From the NCBI RefSeq assembly GCF_020745735.1, contig NC_083409.1, positions 18,682,341 through 18,746,340 on the forward strand: DNA of 64,000 bases. Reading direction: 5' to 3'. Shown here in pieces: positions 47,397 to 60,720 of this stretch. The stretch comes from Hemiscyllium ocellatum (lineage: Eukaryota). Position numbers and translations under genes: made by a program. The first letter of the stretch is position 1. Each line of letters opens with the position of its first letter. The notes under the pieces were generated by a model. It searched no databases and was not told where the DNA came from. It worked only from the letters and a program-made list of their open reading frames with translations.

Positions 47397-47923
47397 AGTG
47401 TTGGAGACAGTCCACAGAGGAGACACAACTTTAAATAGAACAGGGCTGAGCAGGCAGGACAAAGGTCGTTGTCAGCACTGAATTTCAACTCTCTTCCTTC
47501 TCAGGGCTGCTCAGAGAACCTTCTGGGGTTTGGATGTAAAAGCAGATCACTGCGACAGTGTCGACGGAGCTTTACACTGTGTCAAACCCCATGCTGTCCC
47601 TGTTCTGGGAGTCCTTGGTGGGACAGAGTTGACTTGTGATGCCAAGTAAAATCTTTTGAAGTTGCTGAAGACTGTCAGCTGTACAAAACAATGTGAACCT
47701 CAGAAGTCTCTGCTTCAGTAAACCAGATCTCCTTCCTGCTTAGCTGTCAGTTCCAATTTAAGGTTTTGTCACTGTTTAAAGGGACAGGATTCTCATGTTA
47801 TTGAGCAAATCTCCACAAGTGTTTTCCTCAAACTCCATTGTGGCTGTGAATTTGTGCAGCTTCCTCTGTCTGGGCTGTTAATTGCAGGGTTTTATTTTCT
47901 GTCAATGTGAATGTGGAAAAGGG

Positions 47924-47929
47924 AATAAA
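47924..47929 (+). promoter_or_regulatory. Poly(A) signal of C2
   Basis: AATAAA ~530 nt after the stop, conserved in the paralogs. Confidence 0.7.
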
Positions 47930-48330
47930 GATGAAGATTCAGTGTCTGTCTCTGTGTGCTTTGGAAATAGATGACCTTCCCCGCCCCTCAGTTGATTGGC
48001 TGCATTTCAACAGGTCATTGTCAAGATTGGCTGGTTGGCCTGTCAATCAATTACAATCATTAATCATTTTTATATGATCCCTTTGGTCAGGAATTTATGT
48101 AGATTACAAGATTCCAAAAAGAACAGAAACTGAAAGCTGTTAGGACTCAATAAGTACAATCTGATGCATTCCCTCTTCACTCTGTTGGTCCAGGCCCAGC
48201 TGATGGGATCGCACAGTGCAATCTCTACTGCATCTTGGGTAGCTGCTGAAACAATCTTCGGCCAATCACTGACATTGTCAGCTGTGTCTCTCTGAGGTAA
48301 AAACAAGGACTGCAGATGCTGGAAACCAGA

Positions 48331-48532
48331 TTCTAGATTCGAGTGGTACTGGAAAAGCACAGCAGTTCAGGCAGCATCTGAGGAGCAGGAAAATCGACAT
48401 TTCGGGCAAAAGCCCTTCATCAGGAATAGAGCTTTATTCTTGATGAAGGGCTTTTGCCTGAAACGTTGATTTTACTGCTCCTCAGATGTTGCCTGAACCA
48501 ATGTGCTTTTCCAGCACCACTCTAATCTAGAA
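48331..48532. ncRNA. ~200-bp palindromic PLE-derived mini-element with two divergent hammerhead cores
   Basis: Cores at 48396-48423 (-) and 48440-48467 (+); absent from unit 1. Confidence 0.72.
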
Positions 48533-49877
48533 TGTGTGACTCTCTGAGTGTGAGTGTTTAACTTAATGCTGCTTGGAGGGGTCCCTCTCAGTGTGGATTT
48601 GTTACTCAGAGAGACACCTACAGGCAGCGTTCAGTAACGCACCCACATTCGGGGACACCTGTCTACAGCATGGAGTGTGATCATATTCCTCAGTGCTACC
48701 TGTCTCACAGAGTGAGTGTGTTACTCTGTGCTGTCTGTAGGTGTCTCTCGGAGGTATGTGTCTCCGAGCGATGGATTCAGAATGGGCTTTGTGCTGGGGA
48801 TTGAAGATTAGGCTTTAATCTTCTCAAATCATGAATGGAAAACAGTTCTGCTGATTCAGTCTGAGATGGCAGCTCATTCAGATGGCCAAAGTTAAAAAAT
48901 CCAACGACACCAGGTGAGAGTCAAACAGGTTTATTTGAAAGTAGAAGCGTTCAGAGCACAGCTTCTTCATCAGGTAGCTGGAGGGGCAGGATCATTGGCC
49001 ACAGAATTTATTGTAAATTCAGATAGCAGCTGAGAAAGGTGAATACTGAGAGTGTATTCTCAGTAAGGGAGGGATTTCAGAGGCAGTGGGCACTGTGCTC
49101 CCAATGCAGAAATGTCGATTTTCCTGCTCATCAGATGCTGCCTGACCTGCTGTGCTTTTCCAGCACTACTCTAATCTAGACTGTGCTCCCTAATGTGATG
49201 TCCAATTACAAGGGGACTTTCTGAATCCAGGGTCAATCGTGGCTGCCTGCCCAGCCAATGCTGGCTCCCCATAGTCATATTTCAGTGGTTAATTAACCCA
49301 AAACAAGGTGCAGCAATATTACCTTCCAGGGAGGGAGGGAGGTTGAATTCTTGCAGCCCCAAGAGAGGTTGCGGTGGATTAATGACAGGTATGACCACCA
49401 TGAAGGTGCCACCTTCTCTCCCCCTGCCCCAGCTGTGATGACCCTCAGGTTAAAAGTGTGACTGCTCTGGGATAATGACCGTATTCCTGGGTGATGGAGG
49501 GAAGGCCAACCTCTCCCAAAGGCAGCACAGGCTGGATTGAAGGTGAAACAAGAGTAAGCATGGGGAGATTGAGGGTGACAGAAGGAGGGGGTTGGTTGGC
49601 AGGTTGTTATTCAGAGTCAGGTCCCAGAGTATCAGTCCTTCTGACATGCCTCTTTCTATCTGTCAGCCAAAGCTCCCTGATTGGACAAATTTAACTGTCC
49701 CTGTCAGAGAACTCATATTTTATCAAAAAGAATAAAACATTTATTGAACAAGGAGCTCAAGAGCTAAATGACACTAGACAAAATGAATGGTTTGAAAGGT
49801 TTCATTATGGACACCGCAAATGAGATTTGGTGAAGAACTTTTTCACTCAATGGGTGGTGGGAATCTGGAATGGACTG

Positions 49878-50172
49878 TCATAGAATCCCTACTATGAGGA
49901 AACAGGCCATTTGGCCCAACATGTCCACACTGACCCTTGGAAGAGTAACCTTCCCAAGACCCAATCTTATTACTCTGCTTTTCCCCTGACTAATGAGCCT
50001 AACCTCCACATCCCTGATCACTATGGGCAACTTAGCATGGCCAATTCACCTAACCTGCACATCTTTAGATTGTGGGAGGAAAACCAGAGCACCCAGAGGA
50101 AACCTACACAGACACTTGGAGAATGTGCTAAGTCCACACAGACAGTTGCCTGAGGCTGGAATTGAACCGGAG
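49878..50172 (-). mobile_element. Older HE1-related SINE
   Basis: gaaacaggccatttggcccaac...ggaattgaacc. Confidence 0.7.
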
Positions 50173-50199
50173 TCAAAACACCCAAACCAGCCTTGACTT

Positions 50200-52650
50200 C
50201 ACTCCAACCTCTGCCTCCACTTCTGGCCCCTCCCACTCTGCAACCAAGACTGAGACTACAATTCCCAGAGTCCCCCTGAGTCCAACTGCCTACCTGCAGC
50301 CAGCCAGCATACTCCCTCTCCCTCCTCACCCATCCACCCCCACAGTGCACCCTATCCCTCCACTTCTCCCTCTTCACCTCATCTCCACCTTCCCAGTCCC
50401 ACACCTCACTCCATAACCCACCTCCGCCCCAATCTCCTTTCTCTCCCACACCCATTCTCTCCCATTCCCATCACCCTTGCCACCTCCCCTCCTTCAGCCA
50501 TCTTGGACCCCCCTGAAAACCTCGTCCCCCACCCCAAGCCTTGCCCCTTATAATATTATCCCCCCACGATCTCAAACTCTCTGCGGCCAAAAGGTTCATC
50601 CTGAGAAAAGGGCTCACATTCATTCCCCACTTCAAAAAATCCCGCACTCACCAGGACGTGGAGCTCTTCTTCCGCTGCCTCTACCTCCGTGTCTTCTTCT
50701 TTAACAAAAACTCCCAAACTCCCTCTGAGGACCCCTTCTCCCACCTCCAACCTTCCTCCTCCACTTGGTCACCCCCCCCACCCCCCCCCCCACCACCAGC
50801 TGTGTACACACAATTTCTTCATTGCTGACCATTGATGTGACATCCCCCTCCACCAATACCCTCCTCCATCTGGCCGAACTGGTCCTCACCCTCAACAACT
50901 TTTCCTTTAACTCCTCCCAGTTCCTCTAAATCCAGGGGTGGCTATAAGTACCTGGATGGGCCCTAGTTCCCCCTGCCCCTTTCTTGGCTATGCTGAACAG
51001 TCCCTCTTCAGTGCCTACACAGGCACTGTGCCCCAGCTCTTCTACCATTACATCGATGACTGCATTGGTGCAGTGACCTGCACCCAGGCTGAACTGGAGC
51101 AGTTCATCGTCTTCGCCCACAACTTCCAACCTACCCTCAAATTCACTTGGTCCACCTCGGACACCGCCCTCCCCTTTACTGACCTCTCCATTCCCATCTC
51201 CGGTGACAGTGTTCAGATCGACATTTACTGCAAACTCACAGACTCCCATTATTACCCGGACTATACTTTCTCCCACCCAGTATCCTGCAAGAACTCCATC
51301 CTATTCTTCCAATTCCTCCACCTCTGCTCTATCTGCTCGGATGAGGAGACATTCCACTCCCAAGTATTCCAGATGTCCACCTATTTCAAACAACATGCTT
51401 TTGCTCCCTCTGTCATCCATCGCATCACCTCCATTTCCCGTTCGACTGCTCTAAACCCACCCCCCTCCAAACAGAATAAAGACAGAGTGCCCATTGTCCT
51501 CATCTATCACCCAAACCGATCTCTGTATCCAACACATCATCCTATTCCGCCAACCCCAACAAGACCCCACCACCAAGAATGTCTTCCTCACCCTACCCCT
51601 GTCTGCCTTCCACAAGGACTGTTCCCTTTGACAATTCTTGGTTTGCACCACTCTCTCCACCATCTCTCCTGAACCCCCAGGTACCTTCCCCTGCAAACAG
51701 AAAGGATGCAAAGCCTGCTGGTACACCAACCCCAGCACCTCCATCCAGGGCCCCAAACAGTCCTTCCAGTGAGACAGAGGTTCACCTGCCTCTCCTCCAA
51801 CCTAGTTTACTGCATCAGGTGACAGCGATGTGGTCTTCTCTACATCGGGAAGACCAAACATAAACTTAGGCAGCGGTTGGTCATGCATCTCAGCTGGGCC
51901 TGTAGGGGCCGACCAGACCTCCCAGTCACTACCCATTTTAATTCCCCTTCCCACTCCCTTTCCTCCGGGTTCAATTCCCGCCTCAGGCAACTGACTGTGT
52001 GGTGTTTACACATTCTCCCCGTGTCTGCGTGGGTTTCCTCCGGGTGTTCCGGTTTCCTCCCACAGTCCAAAAATGTGCAGGTTAGGTGAATTGGCCATGC
52101 TAAATTGCCCATAGTGTTATGCGAAGGGGTAAATGTAGGGGAATGGGTCTGGGTGGGTTGTGCTTTGGCAGGTCAGTGTGAACTTGTTGGGCTGAAGGGC
52201 CTGTTTCCATCCTGTAAGTAATCTAATCTAATCTAATCTAATCAACATGACCATCTTTGGCCTCCTCCATTGCCACAATGAACCAAACCACAAATTGGAG
52301 GAACAATACCTCATCTTCCGCCTAGGCAATCTATAGCCCAGAGGATTCAACACTGAGTTCTCCAATTTCAAAATCCTTCCCTTCCCATCCCCTGACTCCC
52401 TCCCCAGCCCCTCCCATCTCTTTCATTCCTCTCTGCCACCAAACAGATTCATTCCTTCCATTGACGAACCAGGTCGTGTCCTCTGCCTGTCTTCATCTAT
52501 CCCCATTCTCCACCCTGCTCCCGCCACCCCCTTTATCTGCAGCTTCGCCTACACCCACCGTCATTCCTGAAGAAGGGTTACACCCAAAACATCAACTTCT
52601 TCACCGCCTGATGCTGCCTGGCTTGCTGTGTTCCTCCAACCTCCTGCCTG
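50200..52650 (+). mobile_element. Penelope-like element, paralog of 20560-23005
   Basis: ORF 50938-51672 WMGPSSPC...HYIDDCI; internal deletion relative to the unit 1 copy. Confidence 0.88.
51966..52243 (+). mobile_element. HE1-type SINE, 5' truncated, inserted in the PLE after the duplication
   Basis: (ATCTA)n tail; the PLE resumes at aacatgacc; absent from the unit 1 copy. Confidence 0.9.
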
Positions 52651-53109
52651 CCATTGAATGGAACCAGCAGGAAAGGGCTGGACAATCAAGTGTCAGGGCC
52701 ATCAACAAATGGGAATGGAACACACTACAGACAGATACATTGAGTCAGTCAATCACAAAGAGAACACCAAACTGGAAATGAAACACTCATACACAGTTTG
52801 AATTTAATATCAGAAAGTGTGAGACCATGCACTTTGTTTGGAATAATCGAAAGGCCGACTAGTATTTAAATAGCGAGAGATTCCAACAAAGTGCAGTACA
52901 GAGTGATCTGGGTAGCATTGTGCATGAAACACTGGAAGTTAGTGCATGTACAGCGAGTAATTGAGAAGGTGAATGGAATTTTCACCATTATTGTCTGGGG
53001 TTGGAATTTAAAAGTAGAGAAGTCTTGTTAAAACTTTATAGGGTGTTAGTGAGCCTGCATTTGAAGTATTGTGTGCACTTTTGGTCCCTGTATTTAAGAA
53101 AGGATGGAC

Positions 53110-56100
53110 AGTCATTGCAGTCCTACTCCTGCTTCAATTTCTCATGTTCTTGTGTGCTCCAGTGTTCTTCCCTCACAGCAGAATTGGTTTGTCCCCTGCC
53201 TGCAGTAGCAGCCTCCAGTCTCTGGGTAGTGCTGCCATATGGTCTACCTTGGCCAGGCTGTCACAATTCCCACATCACAACAATGCCTGGACTTCGGAAG
53301 TATTGAATTGGCTGTAAAACGTTTTCCAACATGCAAGCTCAAAAACGGCATCATAGAAACATAATTCTCTCTCCTTTTATGTTTTGTCTCTAAGCCTTCC
53401 CACCTGTCATCCAACAACATCGCACACTTGTGTAAAATCTAGAATGGATCATGAATCTCTGGGAGAACTTACTTTGTGACAACACTGGGTCTAATGACCA
53501 CATCCTCAGTGGGCTTTGAGGGTGAAGGTCAATAGCAGTCCCACTGGGACTTGATCTGAATTGTCTCCAGTCAGTCAGTGCTTTTGTCTGGTCCAGACAG
53601 TACTGACCAACCTTAGACCCTTGTGATCTGATTGAGATGAAGGGTGAGCTGTGCTGGACTTCCACACATGGCTCACACACATGGTGAAGCAAGGATTCCC
53701 CATTTCAGAAGAGTAAATGGAACAAATGAACTGGGTGGATGTGACATCCCCACCTGTCCCCAAGAGATTGGGGACAGGAATAGTAATATTCTCACACAGA
53801 AGGGATGGTAAAAATTTTAACCCAGAGAGAGAGAGGGGATAGGAAAAGCAACGCTCCCTAAAGACAGGGGACAGTAACTGTCTGTTCCCTACTTTCTTGT
53901 TGTGTTGTGACCTTGGGAAATTGGTTTGGTTTATATTTTCTCAGTTGTATTTAGGTTTGATGAGGTGATTCATTAACAAGGATTCCAATTACATATTTCC
54001 TGTAGCAGCAGATCCATTGAAGATCACACTATCATTTGGAGGTTGCCCAGGTTTCTGTCTAGGCTGACGCAGCATGGTCTACCAGTGCTGCTCCTGTTGG
54101 GCTAAACCATCACACACGAGGGAATCTGATGGGCACATTCTCTTTGTGCTGACAAAGGGAGAGATTTGGTTTTACTGCGATGGTGGCCAGAGAAATGAGT
54201 CAGTGGATGTTGTTCCAGCTGAGCAGGATGTTCTGATGTTCATGATGGGATGAACCTCGACACTTGCCTTTACACCGACAGTGGAACAGGAAGTCACCAC
54301 GCAGTGGTCTCCTGGCTCACACTGAGAAACCAAGTTGATGGTATAACTGCAGAGAGCAAGGCAATGCCTTGGACTCACCGAACAACCAGAGGCTTCAGCC
54401 AACAACTGGGTCACAGGCAAATGGCGTGTTGTATAAACTCTCAGTCTCTCAGGGAACATTCATTGACAAACATAACTACAAAATGGAACAGGATATTGTT
54501 TATGAAAATTGGTATTGCAAAACTAAAATCCAAACACATTATAGATAATCTCATTTCAAAGACTGCAGCATTTTCTTTGGAAACTGGACGATAATGAGAT
54601 GAGAAATCAAACACCCATCCACTCTGTTGCACGTTGTTGAAGACACACTGTCCTCATCATAACAGGTTTGCAAGCATCTGAATAACACGTAAGGGGAGAG
54701 AAACATTGCAAACTGTATTATCACGAGAGAGGATCCATTAAAACCTAGAACCATGATGTTAAATGCTCCCTGCTATAAACAACACTGATGCATTCACATC
54801 ATTGGAGTGTTAAATGATTTAAATCTCAAGAGGCATTGATTTTTTTCCAAGTCCATGGCAAGGAAGCGTTAGCTGACATATGAACTCTAACAAAATGAAA
54901 ACAGGCACTGAATACAGAGCTGATTCAAGAGAGAGAAAAAAAAATCAACAGCAGAGATCTGTCCATTGCCGGGAACACTGAGTCAAGGCAGTTTGTTACC
55001 AGCAAGTTACTGCAGCTTGAAAACTCCAGTACGGTCAGAAAGAGAAAAGGACAATGTGCAGATTGTTGAAGAGACCCCTACACCTGGGCCTGAGGCAGGA
55101 CCCAAGCTCCAGCACACTGGCCTCACTTCACACTGACCTTCACACAGTGCGGGGTCATGAACTCCGGCCGTCAATCCCTCTGGGACCGGGACGGAGTGAG
55201 GGAACAGGAACAATTGTACAAGAGTCAATAAGGAGTAAAGCAAGATGGAGAGGGTGTGTTGGAAAGGGGTTAGAGGAGGAAATATACTTTGTGCCACTCA
55301 GTACTGACATCATCTACGTGTTTCACAGAATGGACAAAACAGCACACTGTGAAGACAAACAAAAGTCACATCAATGTACTTTTCTTATCACAGGGGACAT
55401 TTTCATTGTGGTGCCCTCAGTACCCTACTTCTAAAGCTGCACTGTCTCTCTATGGGTCTCTACAGATTGAGCCTGTTAGCTCCAAGCAGAGTCCCAGTTT
55501 ATTTTTTACTGATCAAGGACAGTGAAGCAGCTGCCCTCTAGTGGCGAGAGAGCGCTTGCACTGCTGCTGAGGATTATGGGTAAAGTCCCCTTCCATTCGT
55601 GCCCACACAAACCAGCAGCCACTTCAGCTGCTTTATTGAAAACCACAAGCTTTCAAGGCGCTGTTCTTTCAACGGTGGAACTGGACACACGGTCAAATGA
55701 GTTAGGGGCAGAGGAAGGAGATTCATCCTCTTGAGCCTGTTCCCCATGGCTGACCTGATTATTCCACATTCTTGCCTTACTCTGATAGATTCTTGGTAAG
55801 CAATGGCTATCTACTTCTTCACTACAAGCATTCAGAGGTTTCATTTCTATGTTTGATGAAGAGTGGCACGGTGGCACAGTGGTTAGCATGCTGCCTCACA
55901 GCGCCAGACCTGGGTTCAATTCCTGACTCAGGCGACTGACTGTAGTTTGCACATTCCCCCGTGTCTGCGTGGGTTTCTCCGGTTTCCTCCCACAGTCCAA
56001 AGATGTGCGGGTAGGTGAATTGGCCATGCTAAATTGCCCGTAGTGTTAGGTAAGGGTAAATGTAGGGGTATGGGTGGGTTGCGCTCGGCGGGTCGGTGTG

Positions 56101-56320
56101 ACTTGTTGGGCCGAAGGCCTGTTTCCACTGTAAGTAATCTAATCTAATCTAATCTATGACCTTATGCAAGAAAAAAAAACCCTGCTTATCTCGGTCTTCT
56201 ATGAGGGAACTTGTTTTAATTTGATATTCTCCCTGAAAAGGAAACATGCTTTTCACATCCATGCTGAATTCTATGTTCATGTTGATATGGAATCTGCTTT
56301 AATCAGCTGCTCTCTCATGC
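53110..56320 (+). repeat. Locus-specific module copy M5
   Basis: Colinear with M3. Confidence 0.88.
55865..56155 (+). mobile_element. HE1-type SINE with many small deletions
   Basis: About 11 short deletions and very few substitutions versus the 1971 and 41448 copies. Confidence 0.9.
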
Positions 56321-57399
56321 TGTCCTGAAGAATGGTTAGGTCATGGCTAGAATGGTGCACAGTTGGGGGCTGCTTTGAGGGGCAATACATAATGGGACAT
56401 GGACAGGGGATCTAGGGTCACAAGAGATGTGCAGGCTAGCAAATCGAAAATGCCATGGAAAATGCAGGATTACAGGAATAGGGTGGGGGAGTTGTGAGTC
56501 TGGGTGGCATGTCCTTCAAAGGGTCGGTATGAGCTTGCTGGGCTGTGTGGCCTGCTTCCACTCTGTAGGAATTCCTCAATTCAGTGATTCTACGAAGGCC
56601 AGAACAGGATCTCGACAGTGGAGGGAGGGTATTCTGATGTTCAAAAATTCTTAAACAAATAAACACAGTAAATGTAGATTTACTATCAGTGCAGACAAAC
56701 TGAAAGGCAAAATGACATATTCTCCAGTCATATACCAGGTACAGAAAAGAGATCAGGAAAAACATTTTGATGCAGTTATTGGAACTTAACGATGAATGAT
56801 GATAAACAGAGTGCTCCATTCAAAAAAAGACAGAATTGCTTTTAGAATTTCAACAGGCCTGAAGCAAAAAAGGAAATCAGGATCAAATAGTCAGTTGAGA
56901 ATATAGTACTTGAGTGAGACAAAACCCTTCTTGTGAAAGCATTTCATTTTGCCTTGCTTTCTCTCCATGGATGCTGCCTGACCCGCTGGGATCTCCATTC
57001 TTTTGCTGCGCTATTTCTTACAAATTGTCTTGTTGTGTACAAGACAAAAGCTTTGACAAAATGTCTCTTTTTTTTTCAGCAACACTTGAATTTGGATCAG
57101 TTTGGAGAGAAAGCAGGGCCATGCAGGGAGGGAGGGAGTGTGTGTGGAATCTCCCATGGGCAGGGTTCTCCTGGCTGCCACCACATCAGGAAGGCTGGAG
57201 CTTCATGATCGAGCTGAAAGGACAGGGCTCACTCTCACAGTCCTCAGGGCCATGGAGCCTCTTGTGATGGGAGCATCTGCTTGGTGTCGAGGGCAAACAA
57301 TGACATTGCAGTGGGATTGGAAATGGGACAACTCGACACTGGATGCTGCACAATGGCTGCACTGACTCTTCCTCTCTGCCTGATCCCTCCCCACACACA

Positions 57400-58165
57400 G
57401 GAGAAGCTGCATTAGGAACCTGTTCTAAAGGGCTACACAACACTGCAGCACTCCCAATCTGCAAAAAGAAGAACACTTCTACAAAGACTTTGCCAAGAGC
57501 AGATATTCCCACAACTTCATCCACAGATGCATAACAGACAAACAACGCGATGGGGACATGCCACGACCTAACTCACTAGCCATGCTACCTTATATAAAAA
57601 CATCATAGAACTGACAGCTAGACTTCACCAACAATTAATAAACTGGCCAGAAACTGACAGACAGGCTCAGACAACTCACAAGAACAAAAGGCACACTACC
57701 ATGTGGAAGACAGATGTAGTTTACAAGAATCCATGCAATGTTTGCACGAAACACCTCGGACAAACAGGCAGACAACTAGCCATCCACATCCATGAGCACC
57801 AACGAGCCACTAAACCCCATGAGCAGCTGTCCCTAGTAGCTATACACACAGATGACAAGGACCACAAATTCGATTGGGCCAATACTATGATCATAGGACC
57901 AGCTCAACAGAGGACAGCCAGAGAATTTCTAGAGGCATGACACTTATCCATGGGCTCCATCAATAAACACAATGACCTAGACCCAGTATACCGACCACTG
58001 CAATGAACATCAGGAACCAGTAACCGGAAACAGCAGGAATGGAACCAAATAAATTACAGAAGACACAACACAACAGCGCTTCACAGGAAGCTCCAAAGCT
58101 CTGAAGATGTCACCTAGACAGAGGATAAAATGTCTACAAATCAACTTCCCAGCTCGGTGAGCATA
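57400..58165 (+). mobile_element. Penelope/Poseidon-type PLE 3' part
   Basis: DVVYKNPCNVCTKHLGQTGRQLAIHIHEHQ...AREFLEA; degenerate hammerhead at ~58101-58134. Confidence 0.85.
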
Positions 58166-58669
58166 CCCACAACTACAGCAAGAGTGAGGGGTTTTCCTGT
58201 CCTACACTATTCTCCAAATCCTTACCTGCCCTCCTCATTGTCATACCCTCCTGCCCCTTCCCACACATGGAATTGGACTGCCTGGTCCTGAGACTTATAA
58301 CATCCTTCTGGGACAAAGTCTCCAGGTATCTCTGCACCTCCCTGATGTATCACCAATTATTTCAACTCAGCCTCCAATCCCAACACCCTGTGTGGGGGTT
58401 GTTGTAGAATTATACATTCACTACAGATGTATTTAACCTGAGTCACTTTAACTCAATAAAGAAATGTTTGATCCCATTAACAAATGAAAGATACCCATCC
58501 TTGTATTAAACCAGCGATTGTCTTCAGTATCTGATTTAAAGTTTTTGTGCTTTCCATTTATTGACCTTCCCGAATGGGGTGTCCCGAAGCAGTACAAGGC
58601 GACGTGAGGATATAGACGGGCTGGGAGGGTCAGATGGGCTGATCAGTAACAAGTGGAATTCATTCAGAT

Positions 58670-59450
58670 AAATGTGAGTCAGTGGACTGAGTCCTCCCTG
58701 ACCATGCGAGTGAGGTGAGGGCAGAGTGACAGCCCTTGACATCAAGGCCTCTTTGATGGGGTGTGGCATCAAGGAGCCCGATCAATGCAGCAGCTTTTCA
58801 CCTGCTATTCCAGGGAAAGGATCAACATCGGGATCCCTCTGAGCAACTCCTGAGAGTTCTGTCATCCCAAAGGGACAAGTCCTCCTTCTCAGTTCCCACA
58901 AACAGCAGCAAGTCAGATACACTGTCCAAACTGTTTGGGGGAGCTGACCTGAACTCTCACAGCCCTGTGCCATGCTCTGCTGGAAGATGGAGGGACTATT
59001 GGGAAACGCTTGGGCAGACAGCTCCACCAATATTATGGTCTTTAAAACGTGAAGGTGAACTTTTCCTGGTCATCAGTCCTCCCTGCCCCGATATGGACCA
59101 GAACATGTTCAAAATGACCAACTGTGTAATGACCCACTGCCAGTCTGACAGCAATGATCCAATCTGCTCTGAACAATCCCTGAGTGAGCTCACTCCATTA
59201 TGTTCAGATACACTGCCATTGAGTGCCCAGAAAGCCCACCCTTACACTCCAGGGTTTTGATACCCTCCCATCACAGAGTTCCCCTGTGAACCCCTTCAGT
59301 TCGTTCTCCACGGGAGAGGGCTGGTCCAAGTGGGTTTGATGGATGGATGAGATATAACAGGGTCTACTCGATATGTTCCCTGTTCCCCCACCCACACACA
59401 TATGGACACAGGCTCTTCCCCATTCAGATACATCATCAGACACAGGTATT
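58670..59450 (-). pseudogene. pol: Retroviral reverse transcriptase fragment
   Basis: Across frameshifts: ILNMFWSI, DDQEKFTFTF, YWWSCLP, FPNSPSIFQQSMAQ, decayed YVDD (SVSDLLL). Confidence 0.75.
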
Positions 59451-59799
59451 CAGGATGGGTACTGCCCCTTCAGAGCACCACCATGGTGGATGGGTGTTAT
59501 GGATGAAAGGTACCCTCCCCACTCTGGTTTGGATCTTTCCCATCTACACTCTGATTTCAGCTTACTCTCAGCATCATTCTTCGATCTTTCTGAACTCCAA
59601 CATACCTTTCTTCTTTTCCCCATTTATTGAGGAAGATTTTCTCAGGCCCTGCATTGCTGCTGAAAGTGCCCTTCTGCCCTAACTGTAGTGTTGCCCTCCT
59701 GCTCCCGGGACCCCATTGCCCTCTCTATTCTCCCCCTTGTTTCCGTGCCTTGAGGGTGGAGGTTAACACTTCACACACCCTTTCCCCTGAGGATTCAGC

Positions 59800-60372
59800 T
59801 CCGGCCATTTCCAAAGCACACACGAGACAAAGACTGTATCTTCTTCATCTTTATTCCCTTTTCCAGATTGACATTGACAGAAAACAGTCAGCAATTAACA
59901 GCCCAGACAGAGGAAGCTGCTCAAATTCACAGCCACAATGGAGCTTGAGGAAAACACTTGCAGAGATTTTCCTCAATAACCTGAGAATCCTGTCCCTTTA
60001 AACAGTGACAAAACCTTAAATTGGAACTGGCGGCTGAGTAGGAAGGAGATCTCTGGTTTACTGAAGCAGGACTTCTGAGGTTCACATTGTTTTTATACAG
60101 CTGACAGTCTTCAGTATCTTTGAAAGATTATGCTTGGTATTACAAGTCAGCAGCATCCCCATCACAAACAGTCCCCCTGGGCAGGGACAGAATTGGGTTA
60201 GATACAGAGTATCGCCCTATCCATACTGTTCCCACGAAAGGCACCCAGGACAGGGACAAGGTAAAGATACAGAATTAAGCTGTCTCCACACGGTTCCTCT
60301 CTTCAAAATCCCCCAGGACAGGGACAGCACTAGGTTGGTTACAGAGTGAGGCTCTCTCTACAGTGTCACAGG
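59800..60372 (-). other. Third C-kappa 3'UTR copy, inverted, with poly(A) signal at 59850-59855
   Basis: 59800-60150 is the reverse complement of ~47630-47965; 60155-60372 is an expanded version of the repeat relic in the other two UTRs. Confidence 0.85.
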
Positions 60373-60374
60373 AT

Positions 60375-60550
60375 AGCTAGTCCTACTACAATAGGACAAA
60401 CAGGAAGACAGCTAACGATCCGCATCCATGAACACCAGCTAGCCACAAAACGACACGACAAGCTATCCTTTTTAGCCACGCATGCAGATGACAAGCAACA
60501 TGAATTCGACTGGGATAACACTACTATTTTAGGACAAGCCAAACAGAGAA
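60375..60550 (+). mobile_element. Poseidon-type PLE fragment cut by the gap
   Basis: IGQTGRQLTIRIHEHQLATKRHD...FDWDNTTILGQAKQR. Confidence 0.85.
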
Positions 60551-60563
60551 NNNNNNNNNNNNN
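60551..60563. other. Assembly gap (13 N)
   Basis: N run in the sequence. Confidence 1.
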
Positions 60564-60693
60564 GGGTAATTTGATCAGTTTCATTCAGATCTAACTGGAT
60601 ATATCACTTCAGGCGGTGAGACTGTGTGTTCATTATATACATTTTATGTAACTGTGTCGATGTGTCATCCAGGAGTGGTGTTGTGCGTGTTGA

Positions 60694-60720
60694 GGTTTTT
60701 GTACAGCTCTGTGTCACGTG
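60694..60720 (-). promoter_or_regulatory. 12-bp-spacer recombination signal sequence of the V
   Basis: CAC-GTG (one base short of CACAGTG) + acacagagctgt + perfect ACAAAAACC. Confidence 0.9.

Larger units (their letters stand above)
45150..56320 (+). repeat. Segmental duplication unit 2 (intact C-kappa unit)
   Basis: Colinear with 16100-26445; carries extra SINE insertions. Confidence 0.92.

Noticed and set aside
58763-59260. 165-aa plus-strand ORF
   Set aside because: Antisense shadow of the decayed retroviral RT.
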